NCBI GenBank assembly: GCA_048938445.1
Contig: JBHLME010000091.1
Coordinates: forward strand, 1-18,178
From: Promethearchaeota archaeon
GTDB lineage: Archaea > Asgardarchaeota > Lokiarchaeia > Sigyniarchaeales > SOKP01
Reading direction: 5' to 3'
Length of the DNA: 18,178 nt
Under the pieces are notes generated by a model. The model had not been told where the DNA came from and did no database searches. It saw nothing but the letters and a program-made list of their open reading frames with translations. The position numbers were made by a program, and so were the translations under genes. Shown here piece after piece: positions 17,043-18,178 of the stretch. Position 1 is the first letter of the stretch. Every line of letters begins with the position of its first letter.

Positions 17043-18137
17043 TTATTGATTTATCCAATTATAAAGCTTTCCAAGGATAACTCCTTTATTTATATTACTT
17101 TTTAATTCTTTTATTGAACCAATATTCATCAACCACATGCATGACTGCAATTCATTTTTTAATGTTTGAATTTCTCTGATAGTATTGGATATTGTTTCTT
17201 CCTCAAAATCTTTCCAAGCAGTGACTAAAAATTTATAGGCAAAACCGCCAATATCTGCACCTAAAACAATACTTTTGGCAATATCAACGCCCGTTTTTAA
17301 GCCTCCGGTTGCTATTATTGGTTTTTGAGATACTTTCCGGACATTTATAATACTAATGGGAGTTGGATTTCCCCACTCTCTAAAAATTTTAGCAGGATTT
17401 CGTGAATATTTTTTCTTTATCACTTGATTTCTTTTTTCTTCTATAGCCGCAAAACTCGTACCACCCGCTCCACCAACATCAAAACCATCGAATCCCAATT
17501 CTTCAAGTTTTCTTGTTGATTCTTCATTAAAACCTGATCCTACTTCCTTTCCGATTATTGGGATGTCTGTAGAATTCCTTAATTTTTTAAAATTTTGTTG
17601 GAATAATTTATAGGAAATGTCGCCACCATCTTGGACTAATTCGTGCAAGGAATTCAAATGTATCGCCATTATATCAGCTTTGATCATATCAACGCACCCA
17701 TTAAAATAATCCAAAGAAAAATCGGGCTTGCTTACCTGACCAATGCCAATATTTCCAATGATCGGGATATCTGGTGCCACTTCTCTCACAATTTCAAAAG
17801 ATTCCCTCATATCCGTATTTTCAATTCCTGCTCTTTGGCTTCCAACACTCATTATGATATTTTCCTCTTGTGCAGCTCTAGCTAAAATCTCATTGATCTT
17901 TTCTGAAACTGGATGACCCCCTGTTATTGCTGAAATGCATATTGGTGCAGAAATTTTCTTTGAAAAAAATTGAGTTGAGAGATCAACTTCTTTGAAGTCC
18001 ATCTCTGGTAAAGGATTATGAATGAGTTTAATATATTTGAAATAGTTTTTTGAATGCTGGACATCATGTTCTATGGGAATTTTTAGATGTTCTATTTTTC
18101 TATCTCTTATTTCTTTTGACGATTTTGGATTTGGCAT
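17043..18137 (-). CDS. fni: Type 2 (FMN-dependent) isopentenyl-diphosphate delta-isomerase
   Basis: RKIEH, TGG, VGSQR, GNIG, HLNxxxE, KEVGSG, GGAGGTSFAAIE, WGNPT and TGGLKTGVDIAKSIVLGAD motifs. Confidence 0.95.
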   Translation of the reverse strand: MPNPKSSKEIRDRKIEHLKIPIEHDVQHSKNYFKYIKLIHNPLPEMDFKEVDLSTQFFSKKISAPICISAITGGHPVSEKINEILARAAQEENIIMSVGSQRAGIENTDMRESFEIVREVAPDIPIIGNIGIGQVSKPDFSLDYFNGCVDMIKADIMAIHLNSLHELVQDGGDISYKLFQQNFKKLRNSTDIPIIGKEVGSGFNEESTRKLEELGFDGFDVGGAGGTSFAAIEEKRNQVIKKKYSRNPAKIFREWGNPTPISIINVRKVSQKPIIATGGLKTGVDIAKSIVLGADIGGFAYKFLVTAWKDFEEETISNTIREIQTLKNELQSCMWLMNIGSIKELKSNINKGVILGKLYNWINQ

Positions 18138-18178
18138 ATTTTATGCTATGATAGGTTTTTTCTGTGATATAAAGTCAA

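Noticed and set aside
1865-17885. Short nested or antisense ORFs in the track (1865-2083, 2162-2395, 2214-2417, 4381-4596, 4873-5055, 5664-5954, 5979-6371, 9419-9697, 11574-11768, 11831-12076, 13418-13633, 13706-14026, 14285-14665, 17643-17885)
   Set aside because: All overlap better-supported genes on the opposite strand and have the S/F/I/L-rich composition of reverse-frame artefacts.

Overview
AT-rich, gene-dense archaeal window that most likely comes from an Asgard archaeon (Lokiarchaeia-like). This is an inference from the Roadblock-fused Rab-like GTPase, the longin-like domain, type 2 IPP isomerase, TATA/BRE promoter motifs and soluble multi-PAS kinases. Left to right it contains: a 3'-truncated multi-PAS sensor protein (minus strand, absent from the ORF track); a divergently transcribed 676-aa Roadblock + Rab/Ras-like GTPase + degenerate PD-(D/E)XK-like/DUF4268 fusion; GNAT, V4R-like, metallo-beta-lactamase-fold and PfkB-like genes; a MarR gene with three predicted palindromic operators controlling a V4R-like / frameshifted wHTH / flavodoxin-ferredoxin / methyltransferase cluster; a divergent ThiC-family enzyme; an unannotated 45-aa TRASH-like zinc-finger ORF; a PAS-PAS histidine kinase followed by a response regulator whose output domain resembles an NPRL2/FLCN-type longin (uDENN) domain; two hypothetical proteins; and fni. 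The most interesting signals are the GTPase triple fusion and the REC-longin regulator, which together suggest prokaryotic two-component signalling coupled to eukaryote-like small-GTPase switches. No RNA genes, CRISPR arrays or mobile elements were recognised. All family calls come from motif recognition by eye, not from database searches.
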